Shown in pieces: positions 44,530 through 58,500 of a stretch of DNA of 64,000 nucleotides. The notes under the pieces were generated by a model. That model ran no database searches. It was given only the letters and a program-made list of their open reading frames with translations, and was not told the DNA's origin. Source of the stretch: Albugo candida (Eukaryota). Location of the stretch: the NCBI GenBank assembly GCA_040437565.1, contig JBDOQK010000001.1, positions 868,001 to 932,000 on the forward strand, written 5' to 3'. A program made the translations under genes and the position numbers. How positions within the stretch are numbered: position 1 is the first letter of the stretch; every line of letters starts with the position of its first letter.

Positions 44530-45900
44530 CAAAGTGGTGCACTTATATTATCTGTTTGTCATTGTAATGAATCTGCAGGCTTTTGTGTGCGTCCTCACGA
44601 TGAAAATGAAAATGCTGTAATAGCCCTAGAGTGTTCAATTGCAAAGTTACGGAATATCGCTCAATTGGCGCTGGAGGAAGTTTAAGTGCTACCGAGCTGA
44701 TCGAGTCACGTCCAGTCGAGGTCCTGATTGCAGCTTCTTTGAATGCGATCACTGAGATATAATGGAGAAGGAATCATCTATGCGGGTGCTTAAATCCGTC
44801 TATATGGAGAAGGGATGTAAACTGAAAACATCATCAACAAGCTGGAAATAGCATGGGTAACTAAAGTGCAGCGATTCTACAACTCGCATAACTTGTTGGG
44901 CGTTTAGAGTCTTCTCGATTAGGTTCATTCGTCAGGGAACTCGAATCACTTTTGGGTATTCTTGGAAGACTAAGACACGATGTAGATCTGCATATTGTGA
45001 AGCATTCTGTTTTGGTCTCGTGCGCGCTTTAAAAAAATGAGGGTATTAGAAACCGTACAGAAGATAACACACAAAGACTTGCTGTTTAAAAGGTGTATTG
45101 GGATCTCCCTTAGCAACTATCTTATGTCTCTCTGTGAACTTTCACTACCTACGACTATTCAGGAGATGGTGACCTTCCACCAGTGGAGGTCTTCAACTTA
45201 CCGTCGCTGCAATCAGTAGATCCGGTTTCCAACAGAGGGTGTGTGTGATCACAATGTGATGCTGGAACCCGTCGTGTCAAAGGCCTTAAACCGATATACC
45301 TCTCAAACCGCATCCAATCTCGTTAAATTAGTGACAATGTTGGCGTTCCAAGACCCAATGATATCAGTCTTTCAGTGTACAGAATCCTTCCGTGTTTTCT
45401 GTTTTACTTGTAAGAGTTGTCTGAATGCTTTAATGATGGATTCCTAGACGAATCGAGTCTGGTAGACCCAGTAGCAAGGCCTTCAAGTTTGCGTTGTTTT
45501 GCTGCTGCTGGATAGAAGCATCGTGGAGCAACAGTTGCGAAGATATCGTTTGTGGAGATGTTTGCCAAATTACTTTGTGATGCAGACGCTCGAGTTCGGG
45601 ACATGCCGCCACCGTCGTAAATCAGTTCGGAATAGGTATCTACTCGCTATTGGAGCACTTCGAGAATGAGGATGTACTGGTTTCCGTCGGGGTAGGACCT
45701 TACCTCCTTGCAAATAAAGTTTTACGTGTACCAAACTGTTTATCACTGAGGCCGGTAGACCATGTGTTTATCCGTAGAAGAAGAGCACGAAAATTGATCT
45801 CTGAAGTAAGCTTGCAACATCTTATTTTTCTTCTAGGGCCCAATGTTTAAAGAATACGAGAAGATTATCCGCTTTTGGTATATGATGAGGTAGATCATGT
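44530..45900 (+). pseudogene. Decayed gene, paralog A of an inverted pair
   Basis: Colinear similarity to the reverse complement of ~50450-51670. Many stops and frameshifts, with an extra segment at about 45030-45240. Confidence 0.6.
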
Positions 45901-46538
45901 CAAAATGGAACATTGGTCGCACAAAGAGGTTAGAGGGACAGACTTTGTCGCCTGGTTTATGGGAAAAGATTTATTACGATCTCGCTTCCCGTTGAAAGTA
46001 TATCAAGTTCGAGGTCGGCGGAAGTACTCGCATGGAATCCTTCTCTGGACAGCATAAATGTTCGAGGGAGCTGCGAGGAAAGTGTGGTGCTTCTAACCAT
46101 TGAAATTGCGACAAAGTTTGATGCAAAAAAGCTATGAGAACGATCAAGTCGTCCTCTTTCGATGAGTACAGCCGCAATGTGTACGCGAGCATGTAGCTCC
46201 CAGCAGAGACAACAGCCGCTTGAACAAGAGCTCGAATATTCATCAAACGTATCAGCTGCTAGAAATAAATCTCCAAATGCTCCCGAGTCTTCACCATTTA
46301 TGGACAATTAAGCGCAGTCACAAAGAAGCGGGTATATAAGGAGGCGATATTCGACCAACAATGATCGATCCAGTCGATCAGACAGATTACATGCAAGAGG
46401 GCGAACTGAAGCCTTCTCTCAACCAAAAGGCCGAATGAACTAACATCACCGATGGTTTGCACTCTAGAAACTGGCATGAATGTCTCTGTCGATTGTAATT
46501 CTTCTTACAGCTGCAAGAATCGCCGTACTTCAAATCCA

Positions 46539-46638
46539 NNNNNNNNNNNNNNNNNNNNNNNNNNNNNNNNNNNNNNNNNNNNNNNNNNNNNNNNNNNNNN
46601 NNNNNNNNNNNNNNNNNNNNNNNNNNNNNNNNNNNNNN
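46539..46638. other. 100-N gap; 46154-46538 duplicated at 46639-47023
   Basis: Direct identity. Confidence 0.95.
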
Positions 46639-49600
46639 CTCTTTCGATGAGTACAGCCGCAATGTGTACGCGAGCATGTAGCTCCCAGCAGAGACAACAG
46701 CCGCTTGAACAAGAGCTCGAATATTCATCAAACGTATCAGCTGCTAGAAATAAATCTCCAAATGCTCCCGAGTCTTCACCATTTATGGACAATTAAGCGC
46801 AGTCACAAAGAAGCGGGTATATAAGGAGGCGATATTCGACCAACAATGATCGATCCAGTCGATCAGACAGATTACATGCAAGAGGGCGAACTGAAGCCTT
46901 CTCTCAACCAAAAGGCCGAATGAACTAACATCACCGATGGTTTGCACTCTAGAAACTGGCATGAATGTCTCTGTCGATTGTAATTCTTCTTACAGCTGCA
47001 AGAATCGCCGTACTTCAAATCCAACCGCCTACAATTCGTCACGGGGACTCCTCCCACTTCCCTATCACGGCACCGCAACCATTTCCTACTTCGTACAGTT
47101 TAGACATAACCAGATCAAAATCTTCCTTACCTCTTTTCGATCGGCTACGAAATCGACTTTGTCAGCTTCTTGGTTGTCTCCAAGCTAGCTCTAAGTACCT
47201 CAAACGGCATCGGATTTACTTTCTTTGTCTTCGTCTTCGATCGTACTGGTCAACTTTTCGTCGACTTGAGATTGCAAACTGTACATGAATCGTTCCCGCA
47301 CGCATCTCTCGTTCCGACCTAACAGTAATTTTCCGCCATTGTACGTTCACCAAAGAACGACAATACCTCAGAGCATTTTTGCTATCGGACAAGGTCGTAT
47401 AAAACATTTGCGCCTATCTACTAGAGATAGCAGTTTAGGTTGGTATTGGTCATGACACCACCAACGGTAAACAATCCAATTGCAGCGAATCGTTTGATGT
47501 CTCGGATCAAATGGATTTAAAGGAATATAGATTGATGTTCGTCTATTCAAAAGTACACGCATTACTTTCAAGAATGTACAGGTTGGTATAGTTCTTTTTG
47601 AGTGCGGAGCTTCTTCCGAAAGTTTGTTTATGCTCTTCCTGCATTGGAGGGTATCGACTTGTTTTGTGCTGAGCGTTATGATCGCATGCACTCTGTGGTT
47701 CTGGCGGCACAAGCTGCTCTGCCTGGTCACAAGTTTTTGTTTCTTGTTTTCCTGTGCTTTCACATTCACGCCTTCTTGTAGGTTATCGGTTTGATTAGCT
47801 TCAAATGAAATCCGCTTACAGAAGAAGCACTCAGGCGATTTGTAAAGCACAAAGAAGCATAAAGAATGCTCGTTCGACAGCAGACACGTATTTATGTCAA
47901 CCCTCACGTCGTCAGTGGTATGCTTGTACCAAGCTTGTGTTTAAATGTGAGGCTGATACTGCTAATAATTGCAGAAGGTGGGGTGGTAGCAGAGAAGACT
48001 ACTCGTTCTCAATGGAAGTCTAGAGGTTTCACATCTCGAATTCATCTCGAATTGATGCAGGTTTTCGGTCGAACTACTTTGTGATAGAATCTTTCAGCTT
48101 GCAGTGCTTCTATTGGAATTTGGTCAACGAATGCATCAATCATCTTCGATCACAAGATCGTACTAATTTTGACAAACAATTTGCGATTCCAGCTCAGCTT
48201 TTTCTCGTGGACTTCTCGACAAGGACAGAGTGTTGGGACTGGTTTTGTGATGTGACATCTAAAATTTGTTGTTAATATCACGATGAAATAGTAGATCCAT
48301 AAAAGCGTCGACAATATAATTGACAGATCCGCTGTCTACCCATGCCTCTGCCGCATCGTTCCGTTATTCGAATAAATATGTCTAAATACTGATATATCTA
48401 TGAGCATTCTCAAATATACGGAATTGAAATTAGCATAATCTTCCAGTCATAGATTAATAGTGAGTGATATGGAATGCCGTATTCACCCAACGCGTCGCGC
48501 AAGAACGACCCTAGGCTTTCAAAAACGCTCTATCTTAAAAGTAGTATTTGAGCCGTCGTGAATAACTACTTAGATGCATTTACCGCCTATAATTCCATCA
48601 TGGAAGTTGATGGTACTTCCTTCCATGTTGTAAATAGGGAAGTTCCGCTGAGGTGCAAATTGTAAGAACGACTGCAACTGCTGGAGATCTATAGCAAGAT
48701 AGTTACTCACAAGGTTACAACGCGATGCGATCATAATGGGATACATCTGGACCACATAAAATAACTACCATTGTCTGATAACGTGTCATACAGAAAGTGA
48801 GCCAAGTAAATGCATTTACCTGTCTCGAGCTAGATTTCGGTTCGCTGCAAAAAAAGGTTAGTAGGATTTTCCGATTTGCCGATAAACAGCAGATCAGCCA
48901 CTCCAAGGACTATTCCATGCACGACATCTAAGTCTTTGGCTTGGATGTTGAGAGAAGAGCATTCAGTGAGGAGAAGAAGATCATTCCCCAATTATGGTTT
49001 TTAGACCTCATATTGTCTACCGCGTTAACATTTGAGCAGTATGATCTTGCACGAAGTGGGCTTCCACGGGTGTCAAAAAGCTCCATGTTCGCCTCTTATG
49101 TTTAGTATATACTGAAAAGGTACTGGGATGGTTTTTTTATTCCTGTAGAAATCGCCTTTTCCGATCATGGTAGTAACACTCACACACAAGTGCAAGCTTT
49201 CAAGATACCACTGACAGCGTTCTAACAGATTCCAGCTTATGGTCAAATGGTTCGGAATCGGCCGTATATATCCTAACATATCTATCCATCAATGTCATAC
49301 TTGCTAGAGACTATGCGGTTACTTCTGCGTGCGACCATTCGATTGTGCTGTTACAAAAGACGAAAAAAATCGGATAGTGTTGCGGCTTTCAGTCTTGGAA
49401 GCAGTGACGACGTCGCGGTTTTAAAAAATCTATGAAATGGCCCTCAAATATTGAGTTGTATGAATACAACGGACACCTCTCCCCATTATTGCTGAAGAGT
49501 GCGTCTCCATTCTGACGTCAACGTGTTCGGTAGGTTTACAAGTCCTTCATGCAGCTGGAACGCTCTGGTATTTGTTTTTGTGGTGATCTTCTTGAATCGA

Positions 49601-50231
49601 GTCTCAGATTGAGAGCGCAACAAGGGAAAGCTGTCTGGAAACGCTTTAGTTGAAGTAAATGAAGCAATGAAGCAATGAGCTTTGTCTGGGTCAGACTCTC
49701 TGAGTAATGGAAGCCCATACAGATGTTCAGCGATAGAAGCGTCGCACTATGTCATTATTTACGATAGGTATTCTGTGACGATCACCACAAGAGCAGCTTT
49801 CATGCATTTAAACACCGGAATGAGCTAGTACACTCCAATTTCAGAGAAACAAGCACAAGGGTGCTAAGAAAACGTTTAAAGTCATAGAAGACAATGATTA
49901 TGAATTATGCGAGGCAAAAATAAAACACGCAAGTTCAAATGACTCGACAAACGACCCGATCTGTTTCCTGCACTTTTCCGGAATTTAAACCAAAGTGTTA
50001 CAGAAAGCTCATCCGTGATTTACGATGCCATCGAGCCTCATTCCTTCATTGCATTTAGACGATCATCATGCACTCTTTTTTGCAGGTTTGAAAGGAAATT
50101 CAGCGCTCCTTCTGCTGTAAATCTTTCGCCAACGTTATGACTCTGCAAATTCATTTGTAATTGCACTAGCGATGGATCGCTGGTATCAGCAATCAGTCGA
50201 CCAAACTGATACATATCATGACAAGACCGAT

Positions 50232-50331
50232 NNNNNNNNNNNNNNNNNNNNNNNNNNNNNNNNNNNNNNNNNNNNNNNNNNNNNNNNNNNNNNNNNNNNN
50301 NNNNNNNNNNNNNNNNNNNNNNNNNNNNNNN
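50232..50331. other. 100-N gap with no visible flanking duplication
   Basis: The flanks are unrelated. Confidence 0.9.
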
Positions 50332-50449
50332 AAAATCAAAAGTGTATTATTTAAGATCCTCTCTGGTGCCGGTTTTTATGGAAAGATATGAAAGATACCC
50401 GTGACCTAACCTTGGGATGGATACCCAACCCATCAACCTCTAACCATTT

Positions 50450-51670
50450 GATGATCTTTTGTGCGGCCAGTTCGCCATTCTGGCACTATTCTACCTCGTC
50501 CTTTACCAAGTGAATTAATCTTATCGTATTCTTGAAAGATTGGGCGATAGAAGGTAAACGAGATGTTGCAGAACTACTTTCGAACTCCGAATCCAGTGAT
50601 CTTCTTCTACCGGAAACAGATGTAAAAAGCTTCATCAGCCTCATGATGCACAGTTTTGGCAGGTTTAGAGCTCCATACGAAAGGAGTTGTGCTCCTTTCC
50701 CACCGGAAACCAGTACTTGCTTCAGTCTTGCGCAATAGATCTCACTCCGTAGAACCTCATCCTCCAAGTGCTTCAATAGGGCGTAGATACTTCTCCGACC
50801 TGAGTCATGACGACGGCGGTATGCAGAGCCATTTCGCGAACTCAAGCGTTTACATCCAAGGAATTTGACAAAGGTATTTACAAACGAAATCTTCGCAATT
50901 GTTTGTTTCCCACAGCAGACAAAGTATCCATACTTTGGAGCCTTGTTCTGAAATATACCAGCACCGAATTTTGTGGAATTTTACCAGTCTAATGTTCAGG
51001 CAAAAACTCGGTCAAGTACACAGACGAAAGGATTCTATACACTAAGAGCGTGATTTCATCCGGGTTTTGTGCTGCCAGCATTGTCATCAATTCAACGAGA
51101 TCGGACGCAAATTGAGACGTATATCGCTCGAAGACTTTTGCCACGTCAGGTCCCAGCATCACGTTGTGATGACACACACACTTTGCTTTAAAAATTGCGT
51201 ATGCTACCCTTATGGAATGCTTCATAAGATGGAGTTCTACATCGTGTAGTAATTTTCCAAAAATACCCAAATATAATACGAGTTCCCCGATGAATGTACC
51301 CAATTGTGAAGGTTCTAAGCGCCCAACAAAGTATTTGTTGAATCGCTTGAAATCGGTTATTGCAGTGCATTCGAGTTGTCCAGGCTACTTTACAGGTCGT
51401 AGATGCTGCTTTCGTGCAGCAATCCCTTCCCAAATAGGAGAATTGATCTAACCTCAAAGACAATTCCTTCTACTCTACACTCGCAGCAATCGCATCCAAA
51501 AAAGCTTCAATTAGATCCTCGTGATCGTTGAACATGACTCGATCTGCTAGGCTCAGTAGCTCTTGATTTTATGTTTTGTAACTTTGCAATCAAACACTAC
51601 GGCTACACAAGTTTTTCATTTTCATCGTCGAATACGCAGATAGATCAAAGAATAGTGCACCACTTTAGGC
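50450..51670 (-). pseudogene. Decayed gene, paralog B of an inverted pair
   Basis: For example, CHHNVMLGPDVAKVFERYTSQFASDLVELMTMLAAQNP aligns with CDHNVMLEPVVSKALNRYTSQTASNLVKLVTMLAFQDP (45241+). Fragmented into several ORFs. Confidence 0.6.
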
Positions 51671-52500
51671 CCATAATAAGTGTCTCCATGCACAAATGTC
51701 AAAAGAGTATAAGATGATGTATCACTTTAAAAAGTGGCCTAGCACCGGCACATTATACCTAAGAAGTCAATGGAAGTATATTACACTGAGAAGGAAAGAG
51801 TCGCACGTATCTTGCTACAAGTTTTCAGTATAGCCTTAGAACTTCCGGAAGGCTTCATCCTTCAGCATTTGTAGAATCACCCTAATATTATGAGCGTCAA
51901 TGATTATCTTCCGAACAAAAAGCAAATCTCTGAAGGTTAACAACGTCTGGCGGAGCACAGAGACGTGCATTTATCCACAATCTTCCGTCCGGACTATCAC
52001 AATGATCATGGCTGTTTGCGAGTACGTCACATACACGAATAGCAATCGATTCCAATCGTTCCGGGCACTCTTATTGTGAATTTGGGCGATTGCTTGCACT
52101 ACTGGACAAATTAGCACTGGAAGTATACTACGCATCGAGTAATCATTCCTTGAAAAAGTGAAGGCCGCTCTTTGAAAAGACGACTCTGGGCTTTTCTGTT
52201 GACTTGTGTTATGACGCTGCAAATATTTCACGCATGCCATCATACCTGTTTAGGCAAATTGGGGACATAGGGAGTCGACATATGTTGAGTGGCGAAAAGA
52301 TCGAATCAAAAACAAGCAATGTCTACTCTTCAAACATAGTAAAGAGGCTCAAAAGCAACCTATACTATTCTGAAAATTGGTTGCGCATTATAGCTAATCA
52401 TCGTTCTTGCAAGGATTGATTCGGCCAGTTGTGCGACTGAGACAAATCTTTTGCGGCTAATAATATACTTACTTCTCATAAGCGATCCCGCTGGTGTTGC

Positions 52501-55500
52501 CTAGTCCATCGTGGTCGTTGCTGCAGCGGCTGTCAAAACTCCTTCCAATTCTCGAAACTCAAAAAGAAAGCGACGAATAACGTCGACATATCTTGTCGTG
52601 ATGTAAAGGTGCTCTGGTTCTTTGGTAATTCCAGCCCGCATGATTGATAGGACAAAGCGATGTGCCGTGCCGTAAGCTGCCACCACATCAGCGATGCTAC
52701 CTGTGGCAAGTATACTACCGTCACGACCAAGAAAATGGATTCCATGTATGTTCAAAGCAAGTGCGAAGTATCCCGGTAAATCAGTCCCGAGCCAATGGCG
52801 CGTACGTAGTCGACTGGAGGAAGCTGAAGCTTTTTGTACTTTTCTGCCTGTGCCTGAAAGTGGCAGCTGGCTAGGCCGAGTCGTAAATNNNNNNNNNNNN
52901 NNNNNNNNNNNNNNNNNNNNNNNNNNNNNNNNNNNNNNNNNNNNNNNNNNNNNNNNNNNNNNNNNNNNNNNNNNNNNNNNNNNNNNNNAAAGCAAGTGCG
53001 AAGTATCCCGGTAAATCAGTCCCGAGCCAATGGCGCGTACGTAGTCGACTGGAGGAAGCTGAAGCTTTTTGTACTTTTCTGCCTGTGCCTGAAAGTGGCA
53101 GCTGGCTAGGCCGAGTCGTAAATCGCTGAGAGATCGATTGTGTTCGCGTCACTCGATTTATCTCCTGGTCATCGTCTTGTGAGGTTTCTCCGTCTTCACC
53201 CGTTTCTTCATCTTCTCCCGCCATCTTGACATTTTGAAAATTGTCTCGACTCACTGATTCGTTTCGAACTCGTGATCGTGATTTTGTCCTCGTTCGATTA
53301 CTTGAACTCCTACTTGAATTCGTAAGCACAATCGCTGGGTCGAAATATTCCAATGCTAATTTGCATGGAAAAGTGACAGCCCCGTACAACCGACTAAGTT
53401 GTATTTCATCGACAAACATGCTTTGCAGGCTCCCAGCCTCCACATCGCCATTCGAGTGATTTAAGATTTCTTGCAGAGCATCAAATATCACACTCAACCA
53501 CTCAGACTCGGTCTTTGTAATCCACCAAGCAAGTGGAACATACTCCGATATTGAGACTTCATGCAAGACATCATCACAATTATGGAAAGCCATGCACACA
53601 AACTCATCATCGGTGTTACTTGAGCATTCACATACTACTAGCCCACCTCGATCAATAGCGATAGCATAGGCGGCAAGTCGTGCAACCACTTCTTCTTCTT
53701 CCACTGGAACGAGACCCGATAGAACGTCATCCACAGCCTGGATGTAAGTCAGTCGATTGAACAGCTCATCTTCAAACAAAAATGTGGCGCCTGTTTGATG
53801 CAGTGCGTATCGTGGTGGAATAAGGATGCGTATTTTCAGCACAAATTTGAATTCCCGACCGCGAAGGGCTTCCCGTTCAAAGATGTCACCCAAAAACTCA
53901 TTCGGCTCTAAAAAACTTGGTAATGCAACAAATCTTTGGAAAGAACTGCTCGACGAAGAAGCATTCTGCTCGGTGAGTTTCGCACTCGCTGATATGGTAA
54001 CGATACCAAGAAACTGTGCCAGTCGATCATCGAGTCCAAGGAAATGAGCACAAATCTCAATCAGATGTTCCACCGTCATCTCTGGTGTTACTGGAAACCC
54101 TTCGGCTAGCACAGTCCCATCGAGGAGCTCTATTGAAGATGCCAAGAAAGGAGGTCGAGAATCATATGCTTGTATCTCATCCATACTTGGAATGAATCCT
54201 GTAGCCCCATTACTAATCAGTGTCTCCAAACGTTTGGAGCAATACGACGCAATCCCATTTAATATGCGCCAGAAGCTATTCGAACTCGGTCTTGAGGCAT
54301 TGAGAAAACGAAAAACGTACTCTTGTAGTGCATCAGATGGAAGAAAAGATGTCGCACACATAGCAAATAGAGCCCATCCACGTAAGCTGCTGTCACGCTT
54401 GGGATTTTTGGTTAATTGCTTCATCAGTTGAATGTAGATTTCATCCACAAGTCCACCAACTTCTTCTACGCCAAGTTGTAGTATAAATTGAGCCAGCATG
54501 TCACGGTATAGCACAACTCTGTCTCGCATGTACCCCAAAATGCATCGATTAATGCCAATGGCAAGTTCACTTAATTTACCCGGAGATTGGGCACCACTAG
54601 AATCATTAGTGCTTACTGCCATGTTGGGTGTGCGTAGTGCCCAGTTAGAATGACTTGAATCTTCATCCAGAATCAGAAGGCTGCGTTGTAATGGAGTAAG
54701 GCTCCAGTATAGCTTCACTACTTGAGGTCTTTCATCGTCGCCGGTCCGGTTGGGTAATTCAAGTCTTTGGAGTCGAAGAAAATGGAAAAATGCAAATGCA
54801 TCCCTTTCCTTTTTCACATAATCTGTCAAGTGATTAGTCGCTTGTTCTTCATTCAAGTTCGTCGCAATCGGTTCACTTGGGTCAGTTGTTTCATCCTCTT
54901 CATCGTTACCACGTGCGATTGTGTCGGAACCTTCGGTTGATGGTCCGCAGCTTCGTGAGAGGTCTTTTTCATCATCCTCATCGATATGAAGACCACAACA
55001 CTCGGCTGAAGAAGTGCCAGGGAAAGAATCGCGACGATGTCCATGACGTTGATCGGCTCGCCGATACATTATGACTGCATCTAATTTAGCGACTGCGAGG
55101 TCGATGAGGCGACTTTGTACTCCAGCGCTGCGTGCCGTTTCCAAAGCTGACGTTAAGGTGCCAACGCTAAGCGTTTCGATAGGGATGTGTAATTGTGTCT
55201 CGAGCCTTGATCTGGCGGTAACAGCCTTTCCTAAAGCCCGTTGTAAGCGAGCGATTCGTCGAAGTAGTTCCTCTCTCTCGGTAGTTCGAAAGCGCTGCCA
55301 GGGCTCATTATCTCCATTCGCTGAAGTGAATTCCTCATACTGTGTAGTCAGAAATTCAATTGCATCTTCTCGAATCTCAGCGCGCCGAGCTAGACGAGAC
55401 TCGAAAAAAAGAACTGTTGTTGCGAACGCATCATCGGGGTCTTGGATCCATTTATCTAAATTGAAAGTCTCTTCCGTCCGATCGCTTTGCTCCGTACTCT

Positions 55501-58500
55501 CGGACATTGTCAGAAGCATCGAGTCATGATAAAATTCAATGATACGTCCGTATGCATCGACATCGCATCCACATGTCAATGCTCGCTGTATCAATTTATC
55601 GATCACTGTGAGATCAGCTTCATTGTTTTCAATTGCATTCAACGCATGTTCGAGGTCTTGAGTCACTTTTTTGACTTCATTTTGATGTTCTACTTTCGCT
55701 GTAATCAGCTCTTCTATCGGATCACCTTGAGCCAAGTCGATTAAGTAAGTCATATCGTCCTCGTTACAAGCGGTCCATAATTGTAGCAACATCTGCAAAG
55801 GACTTGCTGCTTGCTCTTGATCCATCAAAGGTGCTACATCAAGCATCGTATTGTCGGTGTCTTCAGAGTCTTCGACGTTTTGTAACTCATCCCTCTGCTT
55901 TAAGGCATTTTTTAGATTGAAATCCCATGTGGCAATTCCACCTTCGATAGCTGTAGAGATCGCAGAGTTCAATAGCGTGAGATCACCACAAGTTCTTGCT
56001 ATAGCGAGAAATTTGATCGATTGATTTCGTTCAGCATGGAAGCTGAGTGCACTCAGTCCATGAGCAAGATTATCTCGAGCGTTCTGCACAAGTTCAATAC
56101 CAAGCTGTGCGATTACTTGATCTCCCAATGATGCGAGGCGCTCCAAAATTTTTTTTGTAGCGATCCAGTTTCCTTCTTCCATAGAGCGCTCCAGTGCTGC
56201 TCTGAGAAGGGAAAGCTTCTCTGTAGACAGGGTTATTGCGTCAGTGCTCTTGTCATTAATACAAGTAGCCATTGGCTGTGGACTAGGTTGTGTTGATGTA
56301 TCTTCAGCGGCGTCGATAGCTGAACGCAGGAAAGTTTCGATCTCAGGACATTGAGATTCTAGTCCTTTTTGTAGCACATTTTTCAGTGGTGAATGCAGGG
56401 TTCGAATAGCTTCATGGGCGGATTGCTTGGATACGACTGGAATCGCTTTATTTACAGCCTCAAGCGTGTTCATCAAAGCTTCCACAGCACCTTTTTCTTC
56501 TAATGCGCGGATGACAAGTACTGTCGCAAGCTTCTGCTCTTTGATATCCTTTGTGGATTCATCCAACAATGCCAGCGTTCCCATCAATGACTCTACGTCT
56601 TTACTCAATATTCCATCCCACAGTTGCTTCCGAATTTCCTGCTGAGCCTGAAGATTCTTGTGAGAACGCTCTTGTTGAGCGTGTTTTTCATCGAGAAGAC
56701 TTGCACAACGAAGCCTGAGCTTTCTCAAATGTCCCGTATCCATAGAAGGATGATACGTTTCTGCAATTCGAATGACATAATCTACCAGAACAGGGTGAAT
56801 GTGGGACCCTTTGGATGTAATAGTTTCAGCTGATTCGTGCAATTCAGACGTTTGAGTCAAGTCATTCGCTAGTGATTGCACGTATTCTTCTTCCTCTAAA
56901 ACAGTAACTAGTGCACTTGCCTCATTCAAAACTCGAATGTACTGGGGTGGTTCTTGTTGATCTCTGTAGTTGAGGGAACCATGAGCACTGCTGGCATGGT
57001 CTTGTTGCTGGTTAACACGTTTACTACGCGCCGAAAGAGTGCTCAAACTCGGCGCAAGCAATTGCTGACACTTCTGGATACTTATGAATAGCTCATTTCC
57101 GTCACGTTTTTGCATAGCTGTGCGAAGTCGTTGCATGTTTACTCGAATTTCTAGCGCTTTTTTACGAAAAACTCCATGGAGTAGACTCCGCTGTATCATT
57201 GTTGCACAGGCGTTGAGGTAAATATCCCGAGCTTGTTCCAGTTTCTTATATTGATGGCTCGTACAAAATATTTTGTTTGCCTTCATTGATGCGTCTAAGA
57301 CATTGGATGAATCTGACAGGCGTTGTGGAGCTGCTGAAATACGATAGGAGTCATCTTCTAATACACCGATTGCCGAAAGAGATCGCAACAGAGACTCAAT
57401 GGTTCCACGATGTCCACAGATATTTTTGTATCGACGGATAAAATGGCTAAAGGATAATTGTACGCTGAACACAGAACGACTAGCACGCATTAAGTCAACA
57501 ATATGCATCATGCGAAGTTGCTCTGCTACATAGCCCGAGTCGAAATGGCCTTGTTCTAACGTCGAGTTTGGTTTCAAACACACCAGAAAATTCTTCCCAG
57601 TATGATTCAAAGCTTGCAACAATGCATCCGACTGAGTTTGCATTTCCAAAGCAGTGCCTTGTGTACTATTAGTGTTTTGCCGTTTTTTTGATGCTGTTTT
57701 TCCAGATGTAGTCCGTTTTCTGCTATCAGCTTTTTTGTTGTCTTCAGTTGACAACGCCCCTGCCGCTGCCTGATTCGTAGCAATCTGAGCTGCTCCGACG
57801 GCACGTAAAATTCCATTTTTTGACGAATGCATAATTGCCGCACATGTCGCGGAGACTGTGAGCATGTTTTTTGGACAGAAAGATTTCCCGGAGTACAAAA
57901 TTTTGCCATGATAATGTTCAATTGTGAAAAGGAGGTTCCAATCTCGAGGATTATTAATACGACTCTCCAAGTACTCCGTATTTGTCGGTCTTGCAAGAGC
58001 CCGAGACCCATCGTTTACAGCTAGTAAGTTGGAAATCAGCTCTTCTTCATCGGGTAAGCGCATTTTAGAATGATCGCGTAACAACACAAATAATCCAAGT
58101 GTCGGGTGCTCCATGAAATCAAGACACTTATTCTCCACGTGACTCGAAGACATTGTATTCTCACTCAGTCTAGTACTAAAGCTTCCACCTTTCATGCTGC
58201 TGGACCGAGATTTCGTTGTTGCGAAAGCTTCAAGAGGACTCAATGTATTGATAAGATAAAAATGATGCACTTTTTCAGACCAATAGTTTGCACAGAGTTG
58301 CTCGAACCCATTGAATCGTACGCTGGTGCTTTGTGAATGGTAAGGTGCGCCTGATGTCCTAGCGTTTATGTCGGTCGAACTGTTACGGAGTGCCGAGGCC
58401 GTGCCAGAAGGAAGAACTATTTCACTCGTAATGTCCTCATGACCGATCGTATCCAGTATATGTATACCCTGACTTTGTATCACCAGGTTCGAATTTGCGT

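Noticed and set aside
45950-50230. Short ORFs (e.g. 47368-47907, 45957-46307) as genes
   Set aside because: No recognisable domains and many stops. They may be decayed coding DNA, but this is unsupported.
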